A DNA stretch of 63,388 nt, the filler included, from Phoronis australis (lineage: Eukaryota; Animalia; Phoronida), in NCBI GenBank assembly GCA_002633005.1. It is 10 parts of 10 records of this genome, joined end to end, with 100 filler letters (N's around TTAATTAATTAA, not from the genome) between each part and the next. Parts side by side here need not be neighbours in the genome. Positions count along the whole stretch, not along the records: positions 14,093 to 27,615 come from NMRA01001583.1; positions 27,716 to 36,450 come from NMRA01000263.1; positions 36,551 to 42,597 come from NMRA01002235.1; 7 more parts are not named here. One strand, given 5' to 3'. Below, piece by piece: positions 25,753 to 38,520 of this stretch. Made by a program: the position numbers and the translations under genes. Position 1 is the stretch's first letter, and the number at the start of each line of letters is the position of its first letter. The notes under the pieces are model-generated. The model saw only the letters and a list, made by a program, of their open reading frames with translations, did not search any database and had not been told where the DNA came from.

Positions 25753-27615
25753 AGGCGAAGGCAACCTTTTTCCATGTCATTTTGAGCTAAAATAAGGTTG
25801 GTTGGTTATCCTAGACATATTTCCCACTTAATTACAGCTTTTCGTAATTTTATTAATTACTCGTCCTCGACTGCGGAAGTGATGTTTTAGGAGGCAAGCG
25901 TTTCCCGCCACTTGGTTTTGCGTTAAGTTTACCGTGCGAATCTGTTCTATTCTACTTCTGTTTTGTGCTGTTTTTCAACAATTGTCGCCACCACTTTCCA
26001 TCGGCGAGTATTCTGCGGCAAGATAGGTTAGTAGAGAACTCAACTACGTTGGATTTAGGGATTGTTTAGTGTGTTGTAAGCTGAAAATGGATGGAGTCGA
26101 TGACCCGTATCACAGGGACAGTACTGTCAGTGACGGAGACCTTGTTCACAGCAGTGGTGACGAGGAATTTTTTCACGGACATTCAGTGGGTGGGTACATG
26201 TTTGAGCCCGAATATAACGAGGCAGAGTACGCACAGGCAGCTGATGAGAGAAACGAGGCGGCTACTGAGGACAGACGTGGTGACACATCTTGGTGCAAAT
26301 GCACTGTGTGCGCTGTTATGCCTACCTCAATGGAATGCTTGTGCTGTTCAGAGTTCGACGAGGCAAAGCCACTACTGGACACGGTTAAGTGGACCTCCGG
26401 CATACCACGGACAGAGGAACAACTGTCCCACTTGCCAGAATGTCCCGCGACACACTCCCNACCAAACTGTGACTCCCTCGCCACACCTGGCACCTTCTAA
26501 ATAGATCCAACACTTTAGACAAGTCCACAATAAACTCATCAGTTTGGCTCACCGATCTGTTCACTGGGCGACAGACTCTTCTCTTCACTGGGTGTCGAAC
26601 TGGGCCTGTAATCACTCCCACTACTCAATATCGCTGCAGGGCTGCTTAAGAGGCTCTGGGGTGGAGAAAACAGCACAGGGCGAATCACTACTGGTTCCAG
26701 GAATTGCACGCTGTGGGGTACGTTTGGAGGCACGGGTGACAGTAGATGAAGTGCCTCCACTGACTCCAGTCACTGTACTGGCCACAGCTCGCGAGGCTTC
26801 TTGCTTCAAAAACGCACATCTCGGGGGTGTAGACGGGGCAGTGCCGGGAATCAACACAGACGGAATGGCATCCTGCTTCAGGCGTTGTTTCGCAGGGACC
26901 TTCATCAGTTCAGCGTACAAACCCCTTTCGTAATCGGACGGCAGAAGTGTTTGCCACACACACGGTAATTCTCGACTGCTTTGTACGTTGCGTGGACGGG
27001 TANGTGGACTTGTCTAAAGTGTTGGAGCTATTTAGAAGGTGCCAGGTGTGTGGCGAGGGAGTCACACGACACGATGCAAGCAGTTTGGGTGCTCAGGTCA
27101 CCATCCAGTGGGAGTGTGTCGCGGGACACTCTGGCAAGTGGGACAGTTGTTCCTCTGTCCGTGCTATGCCGGAGGTCCACTTAACCATGTCCAGTAGTGG
27201 CTTGGCCTCGTCAAACTCTGAACAGCACAAGCATTCCATTGAGGTAGGCATAACAACGCACACAGGGCATTTGCACGATGTGTCACCACGTCTGTCCTCA
27301 GTAGCCGCCTCGTTTCTCTCAACAGCTGCCTGTGCCTGTGCGTACTCTGCCTCGTTATAGTCGGGCTCAAACATGTACCCACCCACTGAATGTCCGTGAA
27401 AAAATTCCTCGTCACCACTGCTATGAAAAAGGTCTCCGTCACTCACACTACTGTCACTGTGATACGGGTCACCGACTCCAGCCATTTTCAGCTTACAACA
27501 CACTAAACAATACCTAAATCCAACGTAATTGAGTTCTCTACTAACCTATCTTGCCGCAGAATACTCGCCGATGGAAAGTGGTGGCGACAATTGTTGAAAA
27601 ACAGCACAAAACAAA
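25753..27615. mobile_element. Kolobok-type THAP/KolX element, rearranged fold-back pair of copies, truncated by contig end
   Basis: TTAA|AGGCGAAGGCAACC terminus shared with the 39221 element. KolX-like ORF on plus from 26087, THAP remnant on minus (26621-26990), then a second inverted KolX arm (27005-27615). Confidence 0.8.
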
Positions 27616-27715
27616 NNNNNNNNNNNNNNNNNNNNNNNNNNNNNNNNNNNNNNNNNNNNTTAATTAATTAANNNNNNNNNNNNNNNNNNNNNNNNNNNNN
27701 NNNNNNNNNNNNNNN

Positions 27716-27827
27716 TGTGTGATGTACATATGGACAGTGTGTGATGTACATATGGACAGTGTGTGATGTACATATGGACAGTGTGTGATGTACATATGGA
27801 CAGTGTGTGATGTACATATGGATACAT
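27716..27827. repeat. 22-bp minisatellite x5
   Basis: TGTGTGATGTACATATGGACAG units. Confidence 0.9.
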
Positions 27828-27964
27828 TTACCAAAAGAGAGTCTCTGAAAATGCTGAACTTCTTTCCTTGGCAAGTTCTCACCAAAAATTATACATGCAT
27901 TTGTTTGATGTAATGAATGTGATACTAATGATAATGATAATGTGTGTTTTGTTGTCTTGTGCAG

Positions 27965-28079
27965 AACTGTACCCACGCACAAGGGCTGGATTAAGAAGAT
28001 CAAGTTTGCCCCGGGGCGGGGCAATCATAAACTGTTGGTGCTCTACTCTGACGGGCTGGCTATCTGGGACACCAAGGAG
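27965..28079 (+). CDS. WDR11: WDR11 internal exon
   Basis: (R)TVPTHKGWIKKIKFAPGRGNHKLLVLYSDGLAIWDTKE resembles WDR11 PTHRSWVRKIRFAPGKGNQKL..WDTKE; AG/GT boundaries. Confidence 0.92.
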
Positions 28080-28227
28080 GTAGGAAAACGTCGAGAGCTT
28101 AAAACCTCACACAACGCCATCTTTGAAAACCATTTGGTTTTGCTTTGTTTCGGGGTGGAACTCTTTGTCTTGGTTCTTTGTGAGCTAGCATTCCTAATTA
28201 CCAAATGAAGAACATTGGTTGCATTAA

Positions 28228-29929
28228 AGGAGAATGCCACCTGATTTAATTAGTCTGCTTTACCGTCTTAATCAGTCTATATCCACATCGCCTGTTATAC
28301 GGTCGACCTCACCTTGCCAAGAGGTGTCGCGTTAACCTGTGAGGAAGGTGAGAAACGACGCAGCAACGTCAGTGGTTCGTCTGCAGAGTGATTGCCGCTA
28401 TATTGCGGTGCATCGTTCTCGCTTGTCCGAACTATGAAGCTGCGAAGCAAGCAGGTATATCGTTTTTTCAACTTCCTCAAGAGCCCGAAATGCTGAGGAA
28501 GTGGCTCGCGATAGTGAAGAATGAAGGTAGGCTCTTAATAGCAATGAGGCCGTGAAACATCTCCGTGACTGTGGCCGGCATTTCGTCGACAGTGATTTCT
28601 CTGACAAATTCCGGCTTACCAAAGAGCTATCTATACGTTCCGTTGCCGGTGCATGTTCATGGCGCCTCTCTAGTATTTCTTGATCAGTGTATTCCAGTTC
28701 GAACTGATAGCCTGTGAAACCTAACGATCTGACCCGTGAAGTCTTCGTCATCTGCCTGTGAGCTCTTGACTAAGTAGTCGGGATTGGCGCAGGCAAGTTG
28801 CCGTTTATTAGTAGACGTTTATTATTCTGCATTCTGTTTCAAAAGGAATTATTCTCATCCTAACCAATGCTTATATGAAACTGAAACAAAGTCTGTCTCA
28901 TTAGATACACTTTGTAATGCCTTGGAGTGCTCGTGAGTGCAAATGTTTTGAGAAGCCAGCAATGAATAAACCACTGCGTTACCGGCTTTTAATGCCGGCA
29001 GCAAAGGTCGTGTGACCGCATGCTCGAATTCAGTGTTTGCTGACAGAAAGCTGTTGTGAATATGCTATGGTCATATGTTAGGATAATCTTTATTTACTGA
29101 GGAATACAAATGTATTATTCAAATCATTGTTACTGTACAACCTTTGCCCTGACAGTCTGTGGAAGGGGAACCCGACATCGCAGCCCCCGACAAGTAAGTA
29201 TAGATTTTCAGTTTCATGGCTAATTCACATAAATTATTACGTGCACATTATTTCTTTGGCTCACTATTACTAGTCTTTTCATGACTAAAGCTTTAGTTTC
29301 CAACTCAAGCTGGGTTATGTTCGTGCCAGTCCCGGCGGCCGCGATGGGCCCAGGTTCCGAGCCACTGGCCGGAATAACAAGTCAGTCCGGCCACGACGGG
29401 CCTGATCGGGTTCCGAGCCACTGGCCGGGATAATACGCGTTTTGTGTGTTTAGATCTAAAAAATCACAAGTATAACAACACAGATCTAGGTTCTCCTCTC
29501 TGTATTTTACGAAAGAATACTTCGAATTTGTCTCAGAACAGACCCCAAACTCCTCAATGCTACGGACCTTGATAAATTGGCCTGCCGAACTTTGTAGGCT
29601 ACGATGTGTCCAAATACCAGTAAATCCGTAACAGCGAAATAAAACAACACGTTTTTATAAGAACTCGGGTGTATTTTTAAGGGTTTTTACATCGAAGTTT
29701 GATGATTTATTGGTGTTAAACGATCAATTTAAGCGATAAGCTGACACCAGTAACCCTTGTTGTGAACTGCTGAACAGACTGCGTGTGAAACCAATTACGT
29801 CATTGGATAATTTCAACACCTCCGTCTGCCGTCAGGTGTCAGGTAACACAACCGAACATGCCGTTGTCGAGTAGAACTACTCGATCTAAATTGATACAAA
29901 ATAGGTTGTTTTTTGGGTGGCATTCTCCT
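28228..29929. mobile_element. Second Kolobok-type non-autonomous family, in a WDR11 intron
   Basis: TTAA|AGGAGAATGCCACC ... GGTGGCATTCTCCT|TTAA (14-bp perfect TIR). Plus-strand frameshifted THAP at ~28403-28600 (RCIVLACPNY..ISFFQLPQEPEMLRKWL..CGRHFVDSDF). Minus KolX-like stub from 28751 (GYQFELEY). Confidence 0.8.
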
Positions 29930-30054
29930 TTAATTGTTTTATTCATTGCTGTTATCTCAATGTATACCTGTCAGATTTCTTTAGTATGCACTGTATGCCC
30001 TATCATGCTTCACTTGGAAAACAAATGTAATTAGACAACATGCTGTTTCCTCGT

Positions 30055-30290
30055 CATGACGGCTAGCTCTGTTCATTCCCTTCATTGTGATGATGGCTAG
30101 CTCTGTTCATTCCCTTCATTCGCTATGATGATGGTTAGCTCTGTTCATTCCCCTTTATTCTCTGTGATGATGGCTAGCTCTGTTCATTCCCCTTCATTCT
30201 CTGGGATGATGTCTAGCTCTGTTCATTCTCCTTCATTCTCTGTGATGATGGCTAGCTCCATTTATTCCCCTTCATTCTCTGTGATGACAG
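30055..30290. repeat. ~33-39-bp minisatellite
   Basis: GATGATGGCTAGCTCTGTTCATTCCCCTTCATTCTCTGT-like units, about 6 copies. Confidence 0.85.
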
Positions 30291-30808
30291 CAGACTACAC
30301 AGCAAATTTGGTGTCCGTTCAGCTATGATAACGGGGAATTCTGGGAATTGCATCTGAATACTTTTGGCTTGTACTGTCCGGGTTTTTGAAGGTGCTGTAA
30401 ATTTTAAGTGGAAGCAAGAAATGATGTTTTGAATACCTGGTTGAGATGTTTGGTCACCATTTATCTCCTAACAAACCACGTGTTCTTCAAGACTTCAAGT
30501 AGATTGATTTGATCCCAAAGATTGACTTATGACCTGCTTTGCACTTCCTACTGTGTCTCAAACATTTTTGTAGTGACAGTGAATTGACTCTTAATGCAGT
30601 CAAGATCAAATTCGTGAGTTTTGTTTAAAGGTTTGTAATATTGAAAACTTGTGTTCCATTTACTCCTTGAACATGAAAGTATGCTAATGCTCAGGTTAGA
30701 TAAATATAGAGAATGAAAACGAAGAATTGATTTAAAGATTTTGCCTCTGGGCAATATCTGTTGCGGAGATTTTATTTTTGATGTTCACTGCTTTTTTCTG
30801 TTATCCAG

Positions 30809-30977
30809 GCTGAAATTGTCAGTTCTGTCCGTTGTCCACGAGAATTGCCGAAGATCTCCGATGCTGAGTGGGCAGCGTCTGACAAACCTGTGGTGTCCAC
30901 TCTGGATGGCTGTGTAAGAATGTTTGATTTGAAATTGAAGGTGGCCATGGCACCCATTGAAGACCTACAGTTACCTG
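30809..30977 (+). CDS. WDR11: WDR11 internal exon
   Basis: AEIVSSVRCPRELPKISDAEWAASDKPVVSTLDGCVRMFDLKLKVAMAPIEDLQLP; TTATCCAG acceptor, GTAAGG donor; phase 0/1. Confidence 0.9.
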
Positions 30978-32076
30978 GTAAGGGTTAATACAACGGGGAT
31001 GCTATACATCTCATTTGTCATGTACGCTGATAAGGTATCACTTTGTGAGTGTACTCTTTACCAAAATGCAAAAAATGGGTGATTAGGTGATATTGGGCGA
31101 GACTTGTGTCGTGTCCTAGATGCAACATAGTTTGTACAGTAACTTAAGATTCATACAGTTAAATGTTGTGGGTAGAAATGTAGTGAATATACTTTGTTGG
31201 GAAAACACACTTTGTTTTTGAACTTTCAAACTTTAGAAGTGTGGGCGATTAGTCAGCCCACCAAAATTCTCACGTGGGCTCTTAGCCCAATGAGGAATGA
31301 CCATTATTTGAGCTATACACATGTTGGATCTGTTTTCACCTGGGCAAACACAGTAGGAGGTGGTTCTGTGGTCACTTGTTGGTTCATTACATAACAATTT
31401 TTGTTCACAATTTTGCACAGATGTCTTCCAAAGTTTGAGTGAGAGTTAAGTCAGAAAATTAGTCATATGCTCCACAAATCTCCTTTAGATATACATGTGC
31501 AATTAAGGTTATATACGGCCGCCTTAATAACTCTGTGCATTCAGCCAAATTAGTCTTGCACTCCACACATCTCCTTTAGATATACAATGAAGGTTATGTA
31601 TGGCCTTAATAACAAGTCCGTGCATTCAAATGTCTTCTCTACTATAAAATTTAGTTCAGAAAAAATATTATATTTTCTGAAAGTAGAAAGCTTGAAGAAA
31701 ATAATGATCTTTGCCATTATACCAGTGTGCCATGGATGGGGTCATGTGACCATGTTTTTCTAGTTGAAGTTGGTAAGGAAAAGTATGTTAATAGTGAACC
31801 ATTGGCAACAATAACATGACCTATGTTCATGTTATTGCCTTTGGTTTAACAATAACATGACCTAATATCATTATGCTCAAGATAAAGTCTCAAGAACCTG
31901 TAACAGTTTTTTTTAATTAACATCTCGTTTTCACTTTATGCATCTTATGTTTTTTACATAAAAATCATAAAAGCACAACTTTTGGTATCCCCTTGGCAAT
32001 TTAAAAACAATCATCCCTAACAGTGCTTTGGAGAAAGTTAAACAAAGTATTGAAGTTCCATATGAATCTAATCACT

Positions 32077-32267
32077 CATCTCTGAGATTGTGATGTTCCC
32101 AAGTTAGCCACAACAGAACAATCAGTCATCTCTGAGATGCGATGTTCCCAAGTTAGCCACAACAGAACAATCAGCCATCTCTGAGATGCGATGTTCCCAA
32201 GTTAGCCACAACAGAACAATCAGTCATCTCTGAGATGCGATGTTCCCAAGTTAGCCACAACAGAACA
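32077..32267. repeat. 49-bp tandem repeat x4
   Basis: CATCTCTGAGATGCGATGTTCCCAAGTTAGCCACAACAGAACAATCAGT units. Confidence 0.9.
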
Positions 32268-33176
32268 TTTTTCCAGGGGCTTACATAACATTAAACATCA
32301 AAAGTTCAAAGTTATTGAGAGTGGACACATAACTGTTAGTTACTGAGACTAATTTGTATCAATTATTTCTAGATTACAATGCTCTCATAATTACTTGGCT
32401 AAACCAGGATGTGTGAAGACTGAAGTTCTTTGTTCAGTCTTAAGTCACTTTCATAAACAGAGCTTAAAAGCTGATAAATTTTTGGCTTACTTTGTTTCTG
32501 TCTAGAGATCACAATTTAGTTAAAATTATGACATGTAATGGGCTATTGATTTTGATACAGTTAAACTGTATCACTGATCACTTGATCTTCTGTTGTGCAT
32601 TTGAATAACACGTGGCGTGACTGATGTGTTAAAGAAAGCATCAGTTTTAATTCTACCTGATCAATCAGCTTGTGTAAGAACCCTTGGAGAAGCTTTGTCT
32701 CACTGCTTATATCGTCAGAGATACTAGTTTTTGTATGACAATGATTTTCAAATAGGAGTTTTCACTGTGAGTGCACGAATGTGTGGTTAATGGGGTCTTT
32801 CTAGGGTGTCTGTTAAAAAGGCTTCTTTTTTGAACAAACACTATATGTTAAGTTGTGTTAATTACTCGACTATTATTAATTTTGAATTAGTAAAATTGAG
32901 AAGCATCCTGCTTTGCACAGTAAAAGTTTTTTATTGCACCCAAATCTCTGAACTGTGTGTTAGTCAACGCACTATTTTTGAATTTAGTACTAAAGTTAGT
33001 TCAGTTGAAAATGCTGAAATTTGTGTAAAGTGTATTCTTGTAAGTTAAAACATGAATGCCGATGTCTAGATTTGACCATTAGAAAATGTGTTAGTTTCAT
33101 TTGATACTTTTCATCTAATACGCCCCATGTTTTCAAAAGCATTCTTTGATATCACGTAACCATTCTCCTCGTGCAG

Positions 33177-33411
33177 ATCTGCTGTTCTGCCCGCACATGC
33201 TCGTTCCCAAGGCAGCCATGATACTCAAGTGTCTCTTACAACATCAGCACTGGCGGCCGGCCTTCGACTACCGCATGACTGACCTGCCCTCTAGCTGCAA
33301 AGACCTAGAGCAGAGTATCAATGATCATCTGGATACCATGGAGCCTGAGCTGAAGAACTACCTGCCTAGGTGTAGGTTTGGCACTGCTGAGCGATGCCTG
33401 CTAGTGGCCAG
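33177..33411 (+). CDS. WDR11: WDR11 internal exon
   Basis: (D)LLFCPHMLVPKAAMILKCLLQHQHW...AERCLLVAR; GTGCAG acceptor, GTAAGA donor; phase 1/2. Confidence 0.92.
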
Positions 33412-33909
33412 GTAAGAAGGTTGTCAACAGGTGTGTCTTAGAAACAAGATATAATTAAACTTCGTTCTTAAATCAAATTTTCAGTTCATTGTACTTTTTC
33501 AAACTTTCGGCTTTTTCACTTCATGAGATGCTACATTTCATTTCCCAACTGACAGCTCTGAATGACCCATTCCAGTTGGGATCAGAATAGCCGAAACCAC
33601 GTGTTGCTGGTTTTTACATAAAAGTGTTTTACACAAAAGTGTTTTAGAGTAACGAGTTTCTTTCTATTGCATGTTTATCTACTGATAATGAATTACACAA
33701 AGTTGAACTGATGTGACTGAGGATGAACATTGAAGTTTGCATCCCATTTTTTACAAAATATTGCTTGATCTATACACAATGAATATAGTATTCATGATGC
33801 AAATTAGACAGAATCTACTTACTGTGTGGTCATTATTCTTTAGTCCTGCTCTGTTTACAGGCTGTTTGATAATGAATCAGGTGTTCAATTGATGCTCTTC
33901 TGTTTACAG

Positions 33910-33997
33910 ACTGTTTGGTGATGAATCAGATGTTCATTTCTGGACAGTTGCCTTGCACTATCTCCGTGCAGAGAAAGCTCAGCCAATGGCTCCCAAA
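33910..33997 (+). CDS. WDR11: WDR11 internal exon
   Basis: LFGDESDVHFWTVALHYLRAEKAQPMAPK resembles WDR11 LYGDESELHFWTVAAHYL; phase 2/0. Confidence 0.92.
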
Positions 33998-34183
33998 GTA
34001 TGTGACATCTCTCTTTCTATTACACGTTAGTTCTGCTAATCACTAATTATTTACTTTAAAATTTCTTAAGTTCCATCTATACCATTAGAACTCTACTTTG
34101 TGACAATAATCCTACTGATAGTGAAGGAGTCATAACAATACTGAGTATGCTTCTGCTCAAAAATCATTTCACTTTCTTTGCAG

Positions 34184-34393
34184 ACGGACAGCCTTCAATC
34201 TCCACTGGAGATGGGTGATCTGTTTGTGCCGTCACCGTCCGCATCCAATCCCAAACTTGACGGGGTTGACCTGCTCAATCTAGACGAGTTTTCGGTGAAG
34301 CGACCCAAGGAACAGGAGACCCGCTGGCACTTCATCCAGGATAAACCACTAGAGACCTCTTTTGACATACTCATGGACAGCCATAGTTTTCAG
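34184..34393 (+). CDS. WDR11: WDR11 internal exon
   Basis: TDSLQSPLEM...PLETSFDILMDSHSFQ; TTTGCAG acceptor, GTATAC donor; phase 0/0. Confidence 0.85.
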
Positions 34394-34726
34394 GTATACA
34401 ACAACAATCTGTCAGAAAGTTGATGACACCCACTGTTAACCTAAGACCTCTGACTTTATGGTTCTTTTAAGAAGGCTGCAAAAGTGGCGGTGAGTGGAGC
34501 CCAAACATTCTTAGTCTGACTTTACTGTTGATAATGTGTCACATACACCAGGGTAGTGGTCAGTAAGGTGACATGTAAGTAACGACATATCTGTCCAACG
34601 TTTTGGTTTATTAGTCTAAACCATTGTCAAGGAAACAGTTCACAGACTCAATACAGGCGACACAGGTAGAGAAGAGACTGTACAAGTACACCTCAAAATG
34701 CATTGTGAGGGGGAGGGACCAGAAAT

Positions 34727-34863
34727 CACCCAGTGAACACACCCAGTGAACACACCCAGTGATCACACCCAGTGAACACACCCAGTGATCACACCCAGTG
34801 ATCACACCCAGTGATCACACCCAGTGAACACACCCAGTGAACACACCCAGTGAACACACCCAG
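34727..34863. repeat. 13-bp minisatellite ~x10
   Basis: CACACCCAGTGA(A/T) units. Confidence 0.9.
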
Positions 34864-35580
34864 TTTAAGGGCCTCTAGTAAATGAGGGGGTAAATATGGC
34901 AATTGTTCACTTTTTTGCACAAAAAGAATTGACAAAACTATAATATTTCTGTTTGAAGTCAATTACTTTTCTGTAAATAATAGAAGTTTTACCAAATGTT
35001 GAGTAATGACATCTGAACGGTATTAGCTAAGCTACTAATACTCAGTTTTCTTATAATCTTTATTTTTGTTTATTAATTTGAAACAAAGCAATTTCACCAG
35101 TCGGCGTATTGCGTGCTATATAGGTGACTAATCAGACAGTGTAGTTAGTGAACTGTTCTGAAGACTGAATGTAGTTAGCGTAATGCGTATACAGTAAGCT
35201 GTTCTGCACTGTAAGGGTCTTATGAAAAGTCATAAGCCTAGCCATGTACAACACATAGTGAAGACGGATGCCTCTTTACAGAACTCTTCTATTGCACATA
35301 TTGTATGAAAACCTCTTTCAAACACAACTCTGTGTTAGGGTTTTACGTAGGTTTATTCTAGAGATCTATAAGATACATCTATTCACTATGCTGTCTAACT
35401 CTCAACTGAAAACTTGTTTGTCAGAACTAAAGATCATATGCTCATGAGTCATAATCAGATTTCAGAGAATTGTTTTGCACAACTTACACAATCTATGATT
35501 CTAGCTACCAGTGCCATATAAGGTTATGTTTTGGACTCTGCAAGTTTAATGAAAACCACGAACATAACACATATTTGTAG

Positions 35581-35747
35581 AAGCATCAGCTAGACAGAAC
35601 GTCACTTCATGACTCTAAACGAGCGTCATACAACAACACACGACAGTGTGCCGAGAACCTGATACTGCTGGGTCAGGCTGACAGGGCAGTGCAACTATTG
35701 CTTGAGACCGACGCTGACAGTGACGAGTTTTACATTGACTGTCTTCG
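35581..35747 (+). CDS. WDR11: WDR11 internal exon
   Basis: KHQLDRTSLHDSKRASYNNTRQCAENLILLGQADRAVQLLLETDADSDEFYIDCLR, with the WDR11 GQxDRAVQLLLET signature; TTTGTAG acceptor, GTGAGT donor. Confidence 0.93.
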
Positions 35748-36189
35748 GTGAGTAAACTTTATTGTTTGAACAGCAAACCTTCAATAGTTTCTTTATGCAC
35801 TCAAATATTCACTTGGGAATGAAACAAGTATGTTTTGAAATATCGTGTGTCTTTCAATTATGTCGCTCGGTCAGTTACTTTTTCTATATTCAGTTGAGAG
35901 TAGAGTTTTGTTCCGAAGGTACGAACGTAACGGGATAAAGACTGGAAAATAAAAAGTGTTTTGTGTTTAACCAATTCTGTATAACTGAAAACTTGTTCCT
36001 GAAATAAAGCCACTCACATATTTATATGCGAGTGCAAACTTCCGTCATCTCTGCGCGGGCGTCTGGAATCCGTGACTGCCCCTTGCAGGATCATAATGAG
36101 ATTTGGCAGATGTGTTCGTATGAAGCTGACAAAAGAGGATGATGAGTTATGGACTGCTTTGGCAACCGCTCTGTCCCCAAGTGGAAATT

Positions 36190-36450
36190 TAATTTTTATG
36201 CGCCCACATATTTATATGTGGACGCATTATGCCGTCATCTCTGTCCGTCCGGGCGGCGTCCGGCGTCTGGCGTCCGGCGTCCGCTGCTCTATCTCCAAAA
36301 CCCTTTGACATACGTTCATGAAATTTGGCACATATGTTCCATTCGTGAATGGGACGGCATGTGCGAACTTTCGGACGGATCCGACTACCAGTGTGCCCCC
36401 TAGTGGCAATTTTAGTTTTTTACGCTTACCTTTGTATCTTCAAAAGTCCT
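36190..36450 (-). mobile_element. Helentron-type non-autonomous element (HINE/DINE-like), terminal fragment
   Basis: T-run, hairpin CCACATATTTATATGTGG and GTCC microsatellite; near-identical reverse complement of 52100-52355. Confidence 0.7.
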
Positions 36451-36860
36451 NNNNNNNNNNNNNNNNNNNNNNNNNNNNNNNNNNNNNNNNNNNNTTAATT
36501 AATTAANNNNNNNNNNNNNNNNNNNNNNNNNNNNNNNNNNNNNNNNNNNNGATGCAAATGTATTACTTTCAACTATATTGGGAAAGTTTGAGTATCGAAC
36601 CGGCTGAAGACGTCGAGTCGACATATGACCTTCCTTTTGAACTTTACATGTCAGAGGTCACTGTTGAAGTAGTGCGGGAGGTGAATATGGAAAACTTTAT
36701 TACGTGGCCGCATTTCCCTCGACAGATTCAATGCCGATGGGATAAATAATTATTATTACACGGCATTACAAACTTCTTCATTCAAGACATCAATGAATCA
36801 GAAAATGGTACACTTCCCTACAAAAGCTCAGTTCTTATTCACCCATGGTCCAGACACTTG

Positions 36861-37108
36861 TCACCTTATGGTCAAATTCCTGATGGTGTATAAAGCCTCA
36901 CCATCCATCCCACATAGTAATACATTCTTGAGAATGTCCAGACAGTTGACAGGCATCACATTGTCCTCAGGCAGAATACTTGTCACTTCGATGCGGTGTT
37001 TGGTGGCCTCACTAGCTAACCACTGATTGGTTATGTCCACCGGAGATTGGTTGTCACCTGCCACTGAATGACGGAGGTGTGTGTAATTGGCAGCGGCTCC
37101 AACAGTTC
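36861..37108 (-). CDS. NUP43: Nucleoporin Nup43, last coding exon
   Basis: QWLASEATKHRIEVTSILPEDNVMPVNCLDILKNVLLCGMDGEALYTIRNLTIR* resembles the Nup43 C-terminus (WL....KDRIEITSLLP...SVNTLDVLG..LVCGTDAEAIY); ATTTCAG acceptor. Confidence 0.85.
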
Positions 37109-38371
37109 CTGAAATGTGGTCATGAAAACAGTACTTTCATCCTAACTGCAGTAATCAAGCATTTAACATGTACTGTTCCCTAGAAACCCAGTGTTCTCCA
37201 CAACCTGCTTTGAGTTGTCAGTGCCTCGAGTTTTGTGTCGTGAAGAGTTTGGCTTACTGGCTTCGAGTTTGAAAACCTATGCAACGAGTTTGAAGTCTGA
37301 CCATTTTCACGGTATCTACAACTACATATACTGTTAGTAACAAATAAGGTTACTGAAGCACAACTCGGCAATATGACTGGAACAAGGTTTCTGCATAAAG
37401 TTGAAACGAACCCATCATTTACATGGTCTCTAGAGTGATCTGCTCCACTCTGTGGTTCAGCCATTATGGCTTGTACATGTACGCAAGTAGCCAGCCAGCT
37501 AGCTGTATAGTATAGCTTTGCACCAAGGCTAGTATGCTACAGTAATCATGGCCAATGATACTTTTGAAAACTTCTCATGTCAAGCACACGTATACTGAAT
37601 GTTCAGCATCAGTTCAGTAGTCTGATGAGTTACGGGTCGACAGTTTACCCACTCTGGCAGTGACTTCGGATATCTGGAATATTCCTGGGTTAAATTAAGC
37701 TTGGTCTTCTCTACACGATATGTTCTCACGAGTCATGAGGAACAACTTAACCATGGTTGCGTATCTTGGGTGAAATGCTGAACTCAGACTGGGATGGTTG
37801 CCCATAGACAAATATTTTATACAGGGTATAGACCATTGTGTATGGTGCAAAAATGTGTTCACAATAATGTACCAGCTTATTTATCTCCTAAATTATTATT
37901 TGTTTGAAGCAGGCATCAAATCAGGACCAGATTTTCTTCCTCAAACAATTCGTTGACCCCATACACAGGACTTCGTTATACTCTAAGTCCTTTTTTATTC
38001 AATCCATTCGACAACACATCGATTTACCACATAGCCTAAAAGGGAGAGATGGTTAACATAATGACTTCAGACACAAACTCATCAGTTACTTGTGGATATT
38101 GTCATCATAGCTGTCCCTCCCTTTGTTTTCAGTTATTTATCCTCTCTACAATCATTGTATATACCGTATAAAAGTTTCAACTTATTTTCAATTCAATTCG
38201 TAAATTTAATACGTAAATATTCATTTAATTTATTGTAACTTAATTTAATCTAACTCATGTTATTTAATTTAATTTATTGCTAAGAGGACAGTACTGTACA
38301 TTAGCTTTTGGCTAAATAAAGCACGTTTTTCTACATCTATTGTATTTTATCCTCTATAAATAAAGTATATG

Positions 38372-38520
38372 ATTATTATTATTATTATTATTGTCACATT
38401 ATTATGTTTATTGTAATGTTATCATTATTGTAATATTATTATTATTATTATTATTTTTGTTATATTATTACTGTTATATTATTATTATTGTTATATTATT
38501 ATTGTTATATTATTATTACC
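38372..38520. repeat. Degenerate (TAT)n microsatellite
   Basis: ATT/TAT runs. Confidence 0.85.

Noticed and set aside
26069-26500. Host P2X7 receptor gene
   Set aside because: No transmembrane or ectodomain exons; the cysteine motif lies inside a TIR- and TTAA-bounded multi-copy element.
31808-31870. CAATAACATGA hairpin resembling the 7330 footprint
   Set aside because: No flanking target-site duplication.
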